Under the pieces are notes generated by a model. The model made no database searches. It was not told the DNA's origin and was given only the letters and a program-made list of their open reading frames with translations. A DNA stretch of 40,000 bases from Undibacterium arcticum. Lineage in GTDB: Bacteria; Pseudomonadota; Gammaproteobacteria; Burkholderiales; Burkholderiaceae_D. Below, piece by piece: positions 1 to 8,245 of the stretch. The translations under genes were made by a program, and so were the position numbers. The stretch lies in NCBI RefSeq assembly GCF_042660705.1, contig NZ_JBHSUQ010000001.1. One strand, 5' to 3'. The stretch's first letter is position 1. Every line of letters starts with the position of its first letter.

Positions 1-158
1 AGGCGCGCGATACGGTCGAGGCGATCCGCCTGCGTGCGACCCGGTTAGCAGTGATCCGCGGCGGCCAAGTGATTGCGCGCACGCCGGCGGCAACGGCGAC
101 GCTGAGCCTGGTCGGCCGCCCGTCCGAGGTGAGCTGGATGGAACGCCGTCAGCCATAG
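1..158 (+). CDS. 3' end of a gene entering from the left edge; product not identifiable (amidohydrolase-like C-terminus is only a weak impression)
   Basis: Frame is open from the window edge to TAG at 156-158. Third codon positions are G/C-rich like the core genes. Tail reads ...LAVIRGGQVIARTPAATATLSLVGRPSEVSWMERRQP*. Confidence 0.4.
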   Translation, partial: ARDTVEAIRLRATRLAVIRGGQVIARTPAATATLSLVGRPSEVSWMERRQP

Positions 159-448
159 AGGGCACTGCTCTGTGTATGGCTCGTGTCAGTACATTTGTAA
201 TCGGAGTAACCGTTAAACGCAGCGCGCAAGAACTGTCGTCAGCGTGTGCACCGAACTCGGAGCACTGATCCCAGGTCTTGAGCAGTTCAGCCGCAAGCCG
301 GTAACCCGTCTCGTCTTTCCTGCTGTGGAGATGGCTGAACCGACAGAAGTGTAAAAGCCAGGCCGGCGGCCGTCCAGATGATTCATAGGTCAAGCGCCGG
401 CCAACTGAAAACTGTCAGCCTGCATTTCGAGAGGGGACTTGCCCTGGT

Positions 449-865
449 TTAGCCAGCACCAAGGAGGTCGCGCGCGTTAAGGATGGCATAGACAATGTCC
501 GGATTCTTCTCGAGACACCTGCGAATGGCTGCGGGAATGGATTGTCGCGTCTTCCTGCAAAGCCCGGGGCGTTCTATAAGCTGGATGCTAAAGCCACGCA
601 CCGTGCGTACTTCGCGAATACTTGGAGTGATCTGAAGGACAATGCCCAGCTGTGATTGCATGCGTTCTTCGATGTGCCTCAAGTCAGCATAGCTGGAAAT
701 ATTGTCAATCCGCGCGATGAGTTTTTTCTCTTCCTCCAATGTCAACATCAGTATGCGACTATCGCCGTAAGGGTCATTCAATAGGCTGCCCCGATCACAT
801 GTGCAGGCACCGGGTGGGCACTCCTTGCGAATCGGAACGGGGATCGATTGGAACATATGGATCAC
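449..865 (-). CDS. hypothetical protein (138 aa), no recognisable family
   Basis: ORF-track entry. Its ATG overlaps the stop of the upstream ORF in an ATGA (862-865), which suggests translational coupling. G+C is lower than in the neighbouring genes. No motif recognised. Confidence 0.4.
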   Translation of the reverse strand: MIHMFQSIPVPIRKECPPGACTCDRGSLLNDPYGDSRILMLTLEEEKKLIARIDNISSYADLRHIEERMQSQLGIVLQITPSIREVRTVRGFSIQLIERPGLCRKTRQSIPAAIRRCLEKNPDIVYAILNARDLLGAG

Positions 866-1296
866 ACTGCAGAGAAGTTGTCGTAACGCGAGGAAAAGCT
901 TACATCAATCCCCGCAAAATCCAGGGCAATCGCATGAAGGCCTTTATACCAGAGGCCCAGAAGCGGGCCGAGGTAAGAAACGTCCCATCCGGCCTTCAGG
1001 TGCTTGGCGATATCGTAATGCATTGGGCTTCTGTGCGGTAGCGCGGTCGTAGCTATTCGGAACGCCATCATGATCACGATCGCCATGAACGCCACATTGG
1101 GAGCGCCATCGTGAGCCGGGTGGGTGTCGCACTTGGTCATGCATAAGTATGTCCACAGCAAATGCGCATAAGCCCACTGTAGGCGCTCGCGCCGAGCCGA
1201 GCGGCCACTACTGCACCGGGATGTCACCGCTGACCTGCTTGACCGCTTCCGACCTTGAATTCTTCTATCTTCTGCCTTCTGTATACCGGTTTGCAC
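862..1296 (-). CDS. hypothetical protein; the real start is more likely the internal ATG at 1140 (about 92 aa)
   Basis: ORF-track entry. The first 52 residues are Arg/Ser-rich and look like a non-coding extension. From MTKCDTHPAHDG... the composition is protein-like. Coupled (ATGA) to 449-865. Confidence 0.3.
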   Translation of the reverse strand: MQTGIQKAEDRRIQGRKRSSRSAVTSRCSSGRSARRERLQWAYAHLLWTYLCMTKCDTHPAHDGAPNVAFMAIVIMMAFRIATTALPHRSPMHYDIAKHLKAGWDVSYLGPLLGLWYKGLHAIALDFAGIDVSFSSRYDNFSAV

Positions 1297-1560
1297 TCAT
1301 GACACCTCCATTTAACCTAATTCTTAGGCCTGGAAGCGTCGGGCGACTCATGCATGGACGTTGCTATGTTTCGATGATTGATTAGAGCGTGATATTGCGC
1401 TGGAGCCATGTTCAACCGGCGCGAACACTTGGATCCAGCGCCTGCCTCCAAACCGCATCTTGTTCCATATATAAAACAACGATTTATTTAAAACAAACCG
1501 CTGGCATTTTCCGGAATATCTGTTATATTTCAATCGCATAACCGCTCATATATGAATCAG

Positions 1561-1578
1561 TGTTTCGTATGTGAAACA
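1561..1578. promoter_or_regulatory. candidate operator: inverted repeat TGTTTC-N6-GAAACA upstream of the catabolic operon
   Basis: Perfect 6-bp arms lie in the A/T-rich gap about 115 bp upstream of the first operon gene (1694). A weaker TTGTT-N10-AACAA dyad is at 1460-1479. An IclR regulator is encoded in the operon. No consensus can be checked here. Confidence 0.25.
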
Positions 1579-1693
1579 AACAATGCTTCTTTGTGGCGAT
1601 AAGAAGTGGCTGGCCAGGTAGTTTGAATCACCGCTCACAGCAGGCATCCCCGCTTTAGCTTTCGAGCATCAACATTAACGAGTCAGAGACATC

Positions 1694-2482
1694 ATGATCG
1701 AAATCGAATTCCGTAAAGTTGGCAAGAGCTTCCTCGACCGGCAGACATCTGAACCACGTGCCGCGGTAACCAATGTCAATATTTCCATCCGCAGCGGAGA
1801 GGTGGTCTCGATTATCGGACCATCCGGCTGCGGCAAAAGCACCTTGCTCAACATGGGCGCCGGTCTGTATTTGCCGAGCGCGGGCGAAGTCTATGTGAGT
1901 GGCGAGCTCGTCACCAAGCCAGTGCGCAAAGTCGCGTTCATGCTGCAGAAAGACTTGCTGATGCCATGGCGTACCATCCGCGCCAATGTCTCATTGGGCC
2001 TTGAAATCGATGGCGTCGCACCGCGCGAACGACAACGCGTGGCCGACGAGCTGCTGGCCAAGTGTCACTTGAAAGGCTTTGAAGAGCATTACCCGTACCA
2101 GCTGTCCGGCGGCATGCGGCAGCGCGCGGCGCTGGCGCGCACCTTGGCGGTGGACCCGCAGGTATTGCTGCTGGATGAACCATTCTCCGCACTCGATGCA
2201 CAGACCAAGATGGTGTTGCAGCAAGACCTGGCGAAGATGCTGTATGAAAAACGCAAGACCGCGCTGTTCATCACCCACGATCTGGTCGAAGCGATCGCCT
2301 TGTCCGACCGTCTGCTCGTGATGAGCGAGCGTCCCGGCACCATCATCGAAGAAATCGTGGTCGATCTGCCGTATCGCGACAACCCACTGGAGCGCCGCAA
2401 GCTGCCGGAAATCGGGCCCTTGCAGGGGCGCCTGATGGAACTGCTGAAAGTGGGCAAGGAAGAAAGCGCCGAGCTGCATTAA
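1694..2482 (+). CDS. ABC transporter ATP-binding protein (NitT/TauT nitrate/sulfonate/bicarbonate-type)
   Basis: Walker A GPSGCGKST, signature LSGGMRQR, Walker B LLLDEPFSALD, H-loop ITHD. Followed by a matching binding protein and permease. Confidence 0.9.
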   Translation: MIEIEFRKVGKSFLDRQTSEPRAAVTNVNISIRSGEVVSIIGPSGCGKSTLLNMGAGLYLPSAGEVYVSGELVTKPVRKVAFMLQKDLLMPWRTIRANVSLGLEIDGVAPRERQRVADELLAKCHLKGFEEHYPYQLSGGMRQRAALARTLAVDPQVLLLDEPFSALDAQTKMVLQQDLAKMLYEKRKTALFITHDLVEAIALSDRLLVMSERPGTIIEEIVVDLPYRDNPLERRKLPEIGPLQGRLMELLKVGKEESAELH

Positions 2483-2554
2483 GGCGGCGCAGCCGTCGCA
2501 TACCCAATCAAAGCGCATCCAAATGCGTATTTAAGAAACTAACCAGGAGTGAAC

Positions 2555-3544
2555 ATGAGCATGAATAAACCTCTCGCATCTCTCTGCTGCACGTTGGCAC
2601 TGGCGGCAGCAGCAGTGGCGCCTCTCGCGCATGCCGCACCGGAGGAAATAACTTACCTGCTGCCGGCGCCGCCGAATACCCCCGCATTTGCGCCTTGGAT
2701 GATCGCGCAGCAAAAAGGCTATTACGCGGACGAAAACCTGAAGATCAATTTCGTCGCTGCCAAGGGCGGCGTCGATGTGGCAAAACAGATTGGCGCCGGC
2801 AATGCTTTGATCGGCGGTGCAATCGGCGACACGCCGATCATCGTGCGTGCCAACGGCGTGCCGGTGAAGGCGATTGCGGTGCTGGGCGCGGGCTCGCTGA
2901 CCATGGTCGGCGTGCACCAGAATGAAGGCATCAAATCCTTGCAGGATTTGAAGGGCAAGACGGTCACCGTGATGTCGTATACCGACACCACCTATTACGC
3001 TTTGCTGGGCAACCTGCGCGGCATCGGCCTGAGCAAGACCGATGTATCGATCCAGGCCGCCGGTCCGTCAGGCGTCTGGCAAGTGTTTGCCGGCGGCAAA
3101 GCGTCCGGGTTTGCCGGTGTGCCGGACTGGATTGTCAGCGCCACCGATGCCGGCGCCAAGGTCGACATCATCGAGAGCAATGGCTTTAAGAGCATGGCGC
3201 AGGCGATTCTCGCTTCCGACGACACCATTCAACACAAGCCCGAGCTGCTCAAGCGCCTAGTGCGCGCCACCCTGCGCGGCATGGAAGACATCATGAAGGA
3301 CCCGAAAGCCGCAGCTGCAAGTTATGTCGAGGCCGTGCCTTCGTATAAAGGCAAGGAAGCGAGCATCGAACAAATTTTTAATCTGTATCGCAAGCATGTA
3401 TATGCGAACCAGAAGCCGCTAGGCCAGATCGATGCGGCGCGCATGGAGAACGTGCAGAAATTTTATGTCAGCGAAGGCATCGTCAGCAAAGCCTCGCCGG
3501 TCAAAGATCTGTACACCAATCAATTCGTCGGGACAGATCGATAA
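2555..3544 (+). CDS. ABC transporter periplasmic substrate-binding protein (NMT1/SsuA/TauA-like)
   Basis: Signal peptide ...ALAAAAVAPLAHA-AP. Length and context fit NitT/TauT-family binding proteins. AGGAG (2545-2549) sits 5 nt before the ATG at 2555; the ORF track starts at GTG 2549. Confidence 0.85.
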   Translation: MSMNKPLASLCCTLALAAAAVAPLAHAAPEEITYLLPAPPNTPAFAPWMIAQQKGYYADENLKINFVAAKGGVDVAKQIGAGNALIGGAIGDTPIIVRANGVPVKAIAVLGAGSLTMVGVHQNEGIKSLQDLKGKTVTVMSYTDTTYYALLGNLRGIGLSKTDVSIQAAGPSGVWQVFAGGKASGFAGVPDWIVSATDAGAKVDIIESNGFKSMAQAILASDDTIQHKPELLKRLVRATLRGMEDIMKDPKAAAASYVEAVPSYKGKEASIEQIFNLYRKHVYANQKPLGQIDAARMENVQKFYVSEGIVSKASPVKDLYTNQFVGTDR

Positions 3545-4383
3545 TGGAAACCGCAACTACAGCAAACAATGTGGTCATGCCAGCACCAGCAAAACGCGGT
3601 CCTTCGTTTAATGACAAGGCCAAGACTGTCACCGGCAGCTTGCTGCTGCTGGCGCTGTTCCTGGCGCTGTGGGAATGGGGCCCGGGCTGGCTCGGCATGC
3701 CGGAATTTATTCTGCCCCGCTTTAGCAGGGTGGTGCAAGAAGCCGGCGTGATGTGGAGCAACAGCAACCTGCTCGGCCATTTCGGCATTACCGCGTTGGA
3801 AGTAGTGGTCGGCTTTCTGCTCGGTTCGCTGCTCGGCTTGGCGGTCGGCGTTGCGCTCGGCCTATCGCCGCGCGCCGAAGCAATGCTGTCGCCTTACATC
3901 CTGGCGCTGCAGATTGCGCCGAAAGTCGCCTTCGCGCCATTGTTCGTGATGTGGCTCGGCTACACCATCTATCCGAAGATCATCGTCGCGATCCTGATCG
4001 TGTTCTTCCCGGTAATGATCAATGTATTGTCCGCGATCCGCACGGTGGACCCGGACATGGTCAACCTGGTGCGCACCTTGAATGCGAGCCGCTGGCAGAT
4101 CTTCCATCTGGTCGAATTCCGTTCCGCGATGCCGGCGCTGTTCTCTGGTTTGCGCATTGCCTCGACACTGGCGGTGATCGGCGTCACGGTCGGCGAACTG
4201 GTCGGCGGCAACCAGGGCCTCGGCTTCCTGCTGGTCGACGGCGAAGGCCAAGGCAATACCGCGGCGGTGTTTGTCGCGATCTGCGCCTTGACCGTGACTG
4301 GCATCGTCACATACGGCGCCGTGGTCTGGGCCGAACGCCGCGTTCTGCACTACCTGCCCAAAGCGACCACTACCACCAAATAA
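3544..4383 (+). CDS. ABC transporter permease (SsuC/TauC-like, BPD_transp_1)
   Basis: Multi-pass hydrophobic protein. TAATG overlap with the binding-protein gene. Typical EAA-loop region ...ASRWQIFHLVEFRSAMPALFSGLRIA... Confidence 0.9.
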   Translation: METATTANNVVMPAPAKRGPSFNDKAKTVTGSLLLLALFLALWEWGPGWLGMPEFILPRFSRVVQEAGVMWSNSNLLGHFGITALEVVVGFLLGSLLGLAVGVALGLSPRAEAMLSPYILALQIAPKVAFAPLFVMWLGYTIYPKIIVAILIVFFPVMINVLSAIRTVDPDMVNLVRTLNASRWQIFHLVEFRSAMPALFSGLRIASTLAVIGVTVGELVGGNQGLGFLLVDGEGQGNTAAVFVAICALTVTGIVTYGAVVWAERRVLHYLPKATTTTK

Positions 4384-4395
4384 GGAAGCGCCGCC

Positions 4396-5160
4396 ATGCC
4401 TGCATTGAACCAACTTTTAGCCGGACGCCGGGTGCTGGTCACCGGCGCCGCGCGCGGCCTCGGTCTGGCCTTTGCCACCGCGATCGCGGAAGCCGGCGCC
4501 AGCGTTGCGATGGCTGACATCCTGGAAGAGAACCTGCGCCAAAGCGTGGCCGAGCTGACCCGGCGCGGCCTGCAGGTGCACGGCTATCTGCTCGACCTGG
4601 CCGATCCACAATCGATCGACACCTGCGCCCGGAGCGTGGTCGAACAGTTGGGCGGACTGGACGGCCTGGTGAATAACGCAGCGGTCACGAACTCCGGCGG
4701 CCGTTCGTCCGAGCAACTCGATATCGCGCTGTGGGACAAGGTGATGACGGTTAATGTGCGTGGCACCTGGCTGATCACCAATGCCTGTCTCCCGGCACTG
4801 CGCGCATCCGGCCGCGGCAGCATCGTCAACCTGGCTTCCGACACGCCACTGTGGGGCGCGCCGAACCTGCTGGCGTATGTGGCCAGCAAGAGCGCGCTGA
4901 TCGGCATGACACGCTCGCTGGCGCGCGAAGTCGGCGCCGATAACATCACCGTGAATGCGGTCGCGCCCGGTCTGACGCGGGTCGAAGCGACTGAATACGT
5001 GCCGGAAGAGCGCTATCGCACCTATCAGGACGGGCGCGCGCTGCAGCGCCTCCAGTTGCCCGACGATGTGTCCGGCGCAGTGGTGTTTGCACTGTCCGAC
5101 CTTTCCCGTTTTATCACTGGACAAGTGCTTGCCGTCAACGGCGGCTTTGTCATGAATTAA
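4396..5160 (+). CDS. SDR-family oxidoreductase
   Basis: TGAARGLG cofactor motif, NNAA, catalytic S...YVASK, and a C-terminal ...GQVLAVNGG tail. Confidence 0.9.
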   Translation: MPALNQLLAGRRVLVTGAARGLGLAFATAIAEAGASVAMADILEENLRQSVAELTRRGLQVHGYLLDLADPQSIDTCARSVVEQLGGLDGLVNNAAVTNSGGRSSEQLDIALWDKVMTVNVRGTWLITNACLPALRASGRGSIVNLASDTPLWGAPNLLAYVASKSALIGMTRSLAREVGADNITVNAVAPGLTRVEATEYVPEERYRTYQDGRALQRLQLPDDVSGAVVFALSDLSRFITGQVLAVNGGFVMN

Positions 5161-5254
5161 TTTAATCCAAGGAGCTAACGATGGGCGATGTTTCAGAACA
5201 ATTGAAATCCAGCGCAGCTGGGATCAGCCGGCGGGCGCGAGTTTTGAAGACTGG

Positions 5255-5719
5255 ATGAATACTCGCGTGGCCCGTTTTTCGACACGCCAGTATGACTGGA
5301 ACGCATTGAAGTTCCAGGCCGATTACGATCCGAAATACCGCCGCGCGCAAATGCGTTATATCGGCACTGGCGGCACCGGCGTGGCGACCGACAGCAACAC
5401 GATTCCGTCGGAACATTTCACCTTCTCCACCATGATCATTCCGGCCGGGCATGAAGGACCGTCGCATCTGCACATCGATGTGGAAGAAGTGTTCTTCGTC
5501 TTGCGCGGCAAGATCAAGCTGGTGCTGGAAAAGGACGGCGAGCGCTACGAAACCATTCTGACCGACCGCGATGTGGTGTCGATTCCGCCTGGCGTGTACC
5601 GCGAGGAAATAAACATCGGCGAAGAAGATGCGCTGATGTGCGTGATGCTCGGCTCGAACACACCGGTCACGCCGACCTATCCGCCGGATAGCCCGCTGAC
5701 CAAGATCAAGCGTGGCTGA
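5255..5719 (+). CDS. cupin-domain protein; the true start may be the RBS-preceded ATG at 5181 with a frameshift
   Basis: Cupin motifs GHEGPSHLHIDVEEVFFVLRG and PPGVYRE. AAGGAG precedes the ATG at 5181, which opens a 25-codon ORF ending in an ATGA overlap with the 5255 ATG. The cupin frame itself stays open upstream (…IEIQRSWDQPAGASFEDW-MNT). Confidence 0.7.
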   Translation: MNTRVARFSTRQYDWNALKFQADYDPKYRRAQMRYIGTGGTGVATDSNTIPSEHFTFSTMIIPAGHEGPSHLHIDVEEVFFVLRGKIKLVLEKDGERYETILTDRDVVSIPPGVYREEINIGEEDALMCVMLGSNTPVTPTYPPDSPLTKIKRG

Positions 5720-5720
5720 T

Positions 5721-6575
5721 ATGACGACCGCTTGCGCATCCGCGGTCCGCCGTGACGACCTGCAGGACGCCATGTCCCTGTTGGACGAACGCTTCCCCGA
5801 GCGTCGCATCGCGGTGGACGGCGGCGTCGTGTCTTACCGTACCTGCGGAACAGGTCCGGCCATCGTGCTGCTGCACGGGATCGGCTCTGGCGCAGCGTCC
5901 TGGCTGCCTTGCGCGCTGAGAATGGCGCACGAGGCGCAGGTGATCGCATGGAATGCACCGGGATACGGAAGTTCCTCGCCACTGGCCAATGCGCTGCCGC
6001 GCGCTGCGGATTATGCGGCGCGCCTGCACCAGTTGCTGACAACGCTGGACATCAAGCGCTGCGTGTTGGTCGGCCATTCGCTCGGCGCGATCATGGCTTC
6101 AGCGTATACCGCGGCGCATGGCGAAAGCGTGTCGAAGCTGGTGTTGCTCAGCCCTGCACAGGGTTACGGTAGCGCCGCCAGGCGCGCGCAGGGACAGCAG
6201 GTAGCGCAGGATCGCCTGGCCGCGCTGGAAAACATGGGCGTGAGCGGCATGGCCGAGCATCGTTCCGGTCGCATGCTGTCGCCGCAAGCAAGCGACGCGG
6301 CACGCGCCTGGGTGCGCTGGAACATGCAGCAGCTTGACCCCGCCGGATATACGCAAGCGGTGCATATGTTGTGCGGCGACGCAATCCAAAACTATGCTCC
6401 GGTAGGTGTTACAGGCGCCGTGTATTGCGGTGGTGCCGATGCGATCACCACGCCGCAAGACAGCCGGGCACTGGCGACGCAATTCGCGCTGCCGTTCGCG
6501 TTGATCGATGAAGCCGGCCATGCCTGTTACGTCGAACAGCCCGACGCGGTAGCTGCCGCGATTCGCCAGGATTGA
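5721..6575 (+). CDS. alpha/beta-fold hydrolase
   Basis: HG oxyanion motif (VLLHGIGSG), nucleophile elbow GHSLGA, C-terminal His (EAGHACY). The ORF track starts at GTG 5712; ATG 5721 follows the cupin stop. Confidence 0.85.
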   Translation: MTTACASAVRRDDLQDAMSLLDERFPERRIAVDGGVVSYRTCGTGPAIVLLHGIGSGAASWLPCALRMAHEAQVIAWNAPGYGSSSPLANALPRAADYAARLHQLLTTLDIKRCVLVGHSLGAIMASAYTAAHGESVSKLVLLSPAQGYGSAARRAQGQQVAQDRLAALENMGVSGMAEHRSGRMLSPQASDAARAWVRWNMQQLDPAGYTQAVHMLCGDAIQNYAPVGVTGAVYCGGADAITTPQDSRALATQFALPFALIDEAGHACYVEQPDAVAAAIRQD

Positions 6576-6602
6576 TAGTTAACAAATTCAACAGGAAAAA
6601 TC

Positions 6603-7436
6603 ATGACCAAACCAGAGCTGCCAGAAGAAGATACGCAGGAAAAATACGCCGTTCCAGGACTCGAGCGAGGTCTGCGCCTGCTGTGCGAATTTAATCGCCA
6701 GGACAAGACCCTGTCCGCGCCGGAATTGGCAAAGCGCCTGAGCGTGCCGCGTTCGACAGTGTTCCGTTTGCTGACCACGCTCGAGCGCATGGGCTTTGTC
6801 GAGCGCTCCGAAGGCGGCCGCGATTACCGTCTCGGCATGGCCGTGCTGCGCCTCGGCTTCGAATATCTGGCCTCGCTTGAGCTGACCGAGATCGGCCGTC
6901 CGCTGCTGGAACGCCTGCGCGATGAAATCGGTTATTCCTGCAACCTGGTGGTGCGTGACGGCCGTTACATCGTATACGTCGCCAAGTCCGTCACGCCGAC
7001 CGCCTTCGTCAGCTCGGTCAACGTCGGCACGCGGCTGCCGGCCCATGCGACGGTACTCGGCCGCGTGTTGCTGCAAGATCTGTCCTTGAACCAGTTACGC
7101 GAGCTGTATCCCGAAGATCATCTGGAAGTGTTCTCCGAAAACACGCCGAAGACCGTGCTCGAATTGTTCAACATCGTGCAGCAAGATATGGAGCGCGGTT
7201 ATGTGCTGCAAGAGGGCTTCTTCGAACGCGGCATATCGACCGTGGCAGCGCCGGTGCGCGACCATACCGGCAAGGTCGTGGCCGCACTCGGCGCGACCAT
7301 CCCTGCGCCGCACATCGAGGCCAGCCAGCTGGACGGTATCGTGGGCCACGTGCGTGGCAGCGCCAGTGAATTGTCACGTTTGCTCGACCATGCACCGGAA
7401 CAATCGGGCAAGGTCGTCAACCTGTGGCGGAGGTAA
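6603..7436 (+). CDS. IclR-family transcriptional regulator
   Basis: N-terminal winged HTH (LSAPELAKRLSVPRSTVFRLLTTLERMGFVER) and a C-terminal IclR effector domain. Typical length of 277 aa. Confidence 0.9.
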   Translation: MTKPELPEEDTQEKYAVPGLERGLRLLCEFNRQDKTLSAPELAKRLSVPRSTVFRLLTTLERMGFVERSEGGRDYRLGMAVLRLGFEYLASLELTEIGRPLLERLRDEIGYSCNLVVRDGRYIVYVAKSVTPTAFVSSVNVGTRLPAHATVLGRVLLQDLSLNQLRELYPEDHLEVFSENTPKTVLELFNIVQQDMERGYVLQEGFFERGISTVAAPVRDHTGKVVAALGATIPAPHIEASQLDGIVGHVRGSASELSRLLDHAPEQSGKVVNLWRR

Positions 7437-7441
7437 TCACC

Positions 7442-8245
7442 ATGCGCATGATCAATCTCGACGGTAAAGTCGCGGTCGTGACTGGCGGCTCTGCCGGCAT
7501 CGGGCTGGCAACCGTCGAGTTGCTGCTCGAAGCCGGCGCTGCGGTCGCGCTGTGCGGTCGCAATGCGGAGCGTCTCGCGCTGGCCGAAGCGGGTCTGCGC
7601 CAGCGCTTTCCCGACAGCCGCATCCTGAGCGCGGTATGCGACGTGCTGGCGCCGCAACAGGTGCGCGATTTCGCTGCCCAGGTCGAGCAGGCGCTCGGCA
7701 CCGTCTCCATCCTGATCAACAACGCCGGCCAGGGCCGTATCTCGACCTTCGCCGACACCGACGATGCGGCGTGGCTGGAAGAACTGCAGCTCAAATTCTT
7801 TTCCGTCATTCATCCGACCCGGGCCTTCCTGCCGCAGCTGCAACGCGCGCCCGATGCCGCGGTCGTCTGTGTGAATTCACTGCTCGCGGTGCAGCCGGAG
7901 CCGCACATGGTGGCAACCTCGGCCGCCCGGGCCGGCGTGCACAACCTGGTGCGCGCGCTGGCAACCGAATTCAGCGTCGACCAGATCCGCGTCAACGGGA
8001 TCCTGATCGGCCTGGTCGAATCCGGTCAATGGCGCCGCCGTTACGAGGCCCGGCCGGACCAGGAGCGCGCGCTGTCGTGGCAGCAATGGACCGCCCAATT
8101 GGCGCAGAAAAAACAGATTCAACTCGGCCGTCTCGGCCTCCCAGAGGAAGCGGCACGCGCGATCGTGTTTCTGGCGACGCCGCTTTCTTCTTACACAACA
8201 GGCAGCCATATCGATGTTTCAGGAGGACTTTCCCGCCATGCCTAA
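7442..8245 (+). CDS. SDR-family oxidoreductase
   Basis: TGGSAGIG motif, NNAG, and an SDR-like core. GGAGG (7429-7433) precedes ATG 7442; the ORF track starts at GTG 7424. Confidence 0.9.
   Translation: MRMINLDGKVAVVTGGSAGIGLATVELLLEAGAAVALCGRNAERLALAEAGLRQRFPDSRILSAVCDVLAPQQVRDFAAQVEQALGTVSILINNAGQGRISTFADTDDAAWLEELQLKFFSVIHPTRAFLPQLQRAPDAAVVCVNSLLAVQPEPHMVATSAARAGVHNLVRALATEFSVDQIRVNGILIGLVESGQWRRRYEARPDQERALSWQQWTAQLAQKKQIQLGRLGLPEEAARAIVFLATPLSSYTTGSHIDVSGGLSRHA

Noticed and set aside
160-448. Possible transposase or gene remnant between the first gene end and the unknown ORF pair
   Set aside because: Only short broken frames are present, for example a 57-codon minus-strand ORF. No recognisable transposase, toxin or RNA motif can be supported.
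3753-4517. 254-aa plus-strand alternative-frame ORF inside the permease and SDR genes (similar alternative-frame ORFs occur at 7552-8289 and 30199-31050)
   Set aside because: These are out-of-frame readings of real genes, extremely Arg/Pro/Gly-rich, with no independent support.
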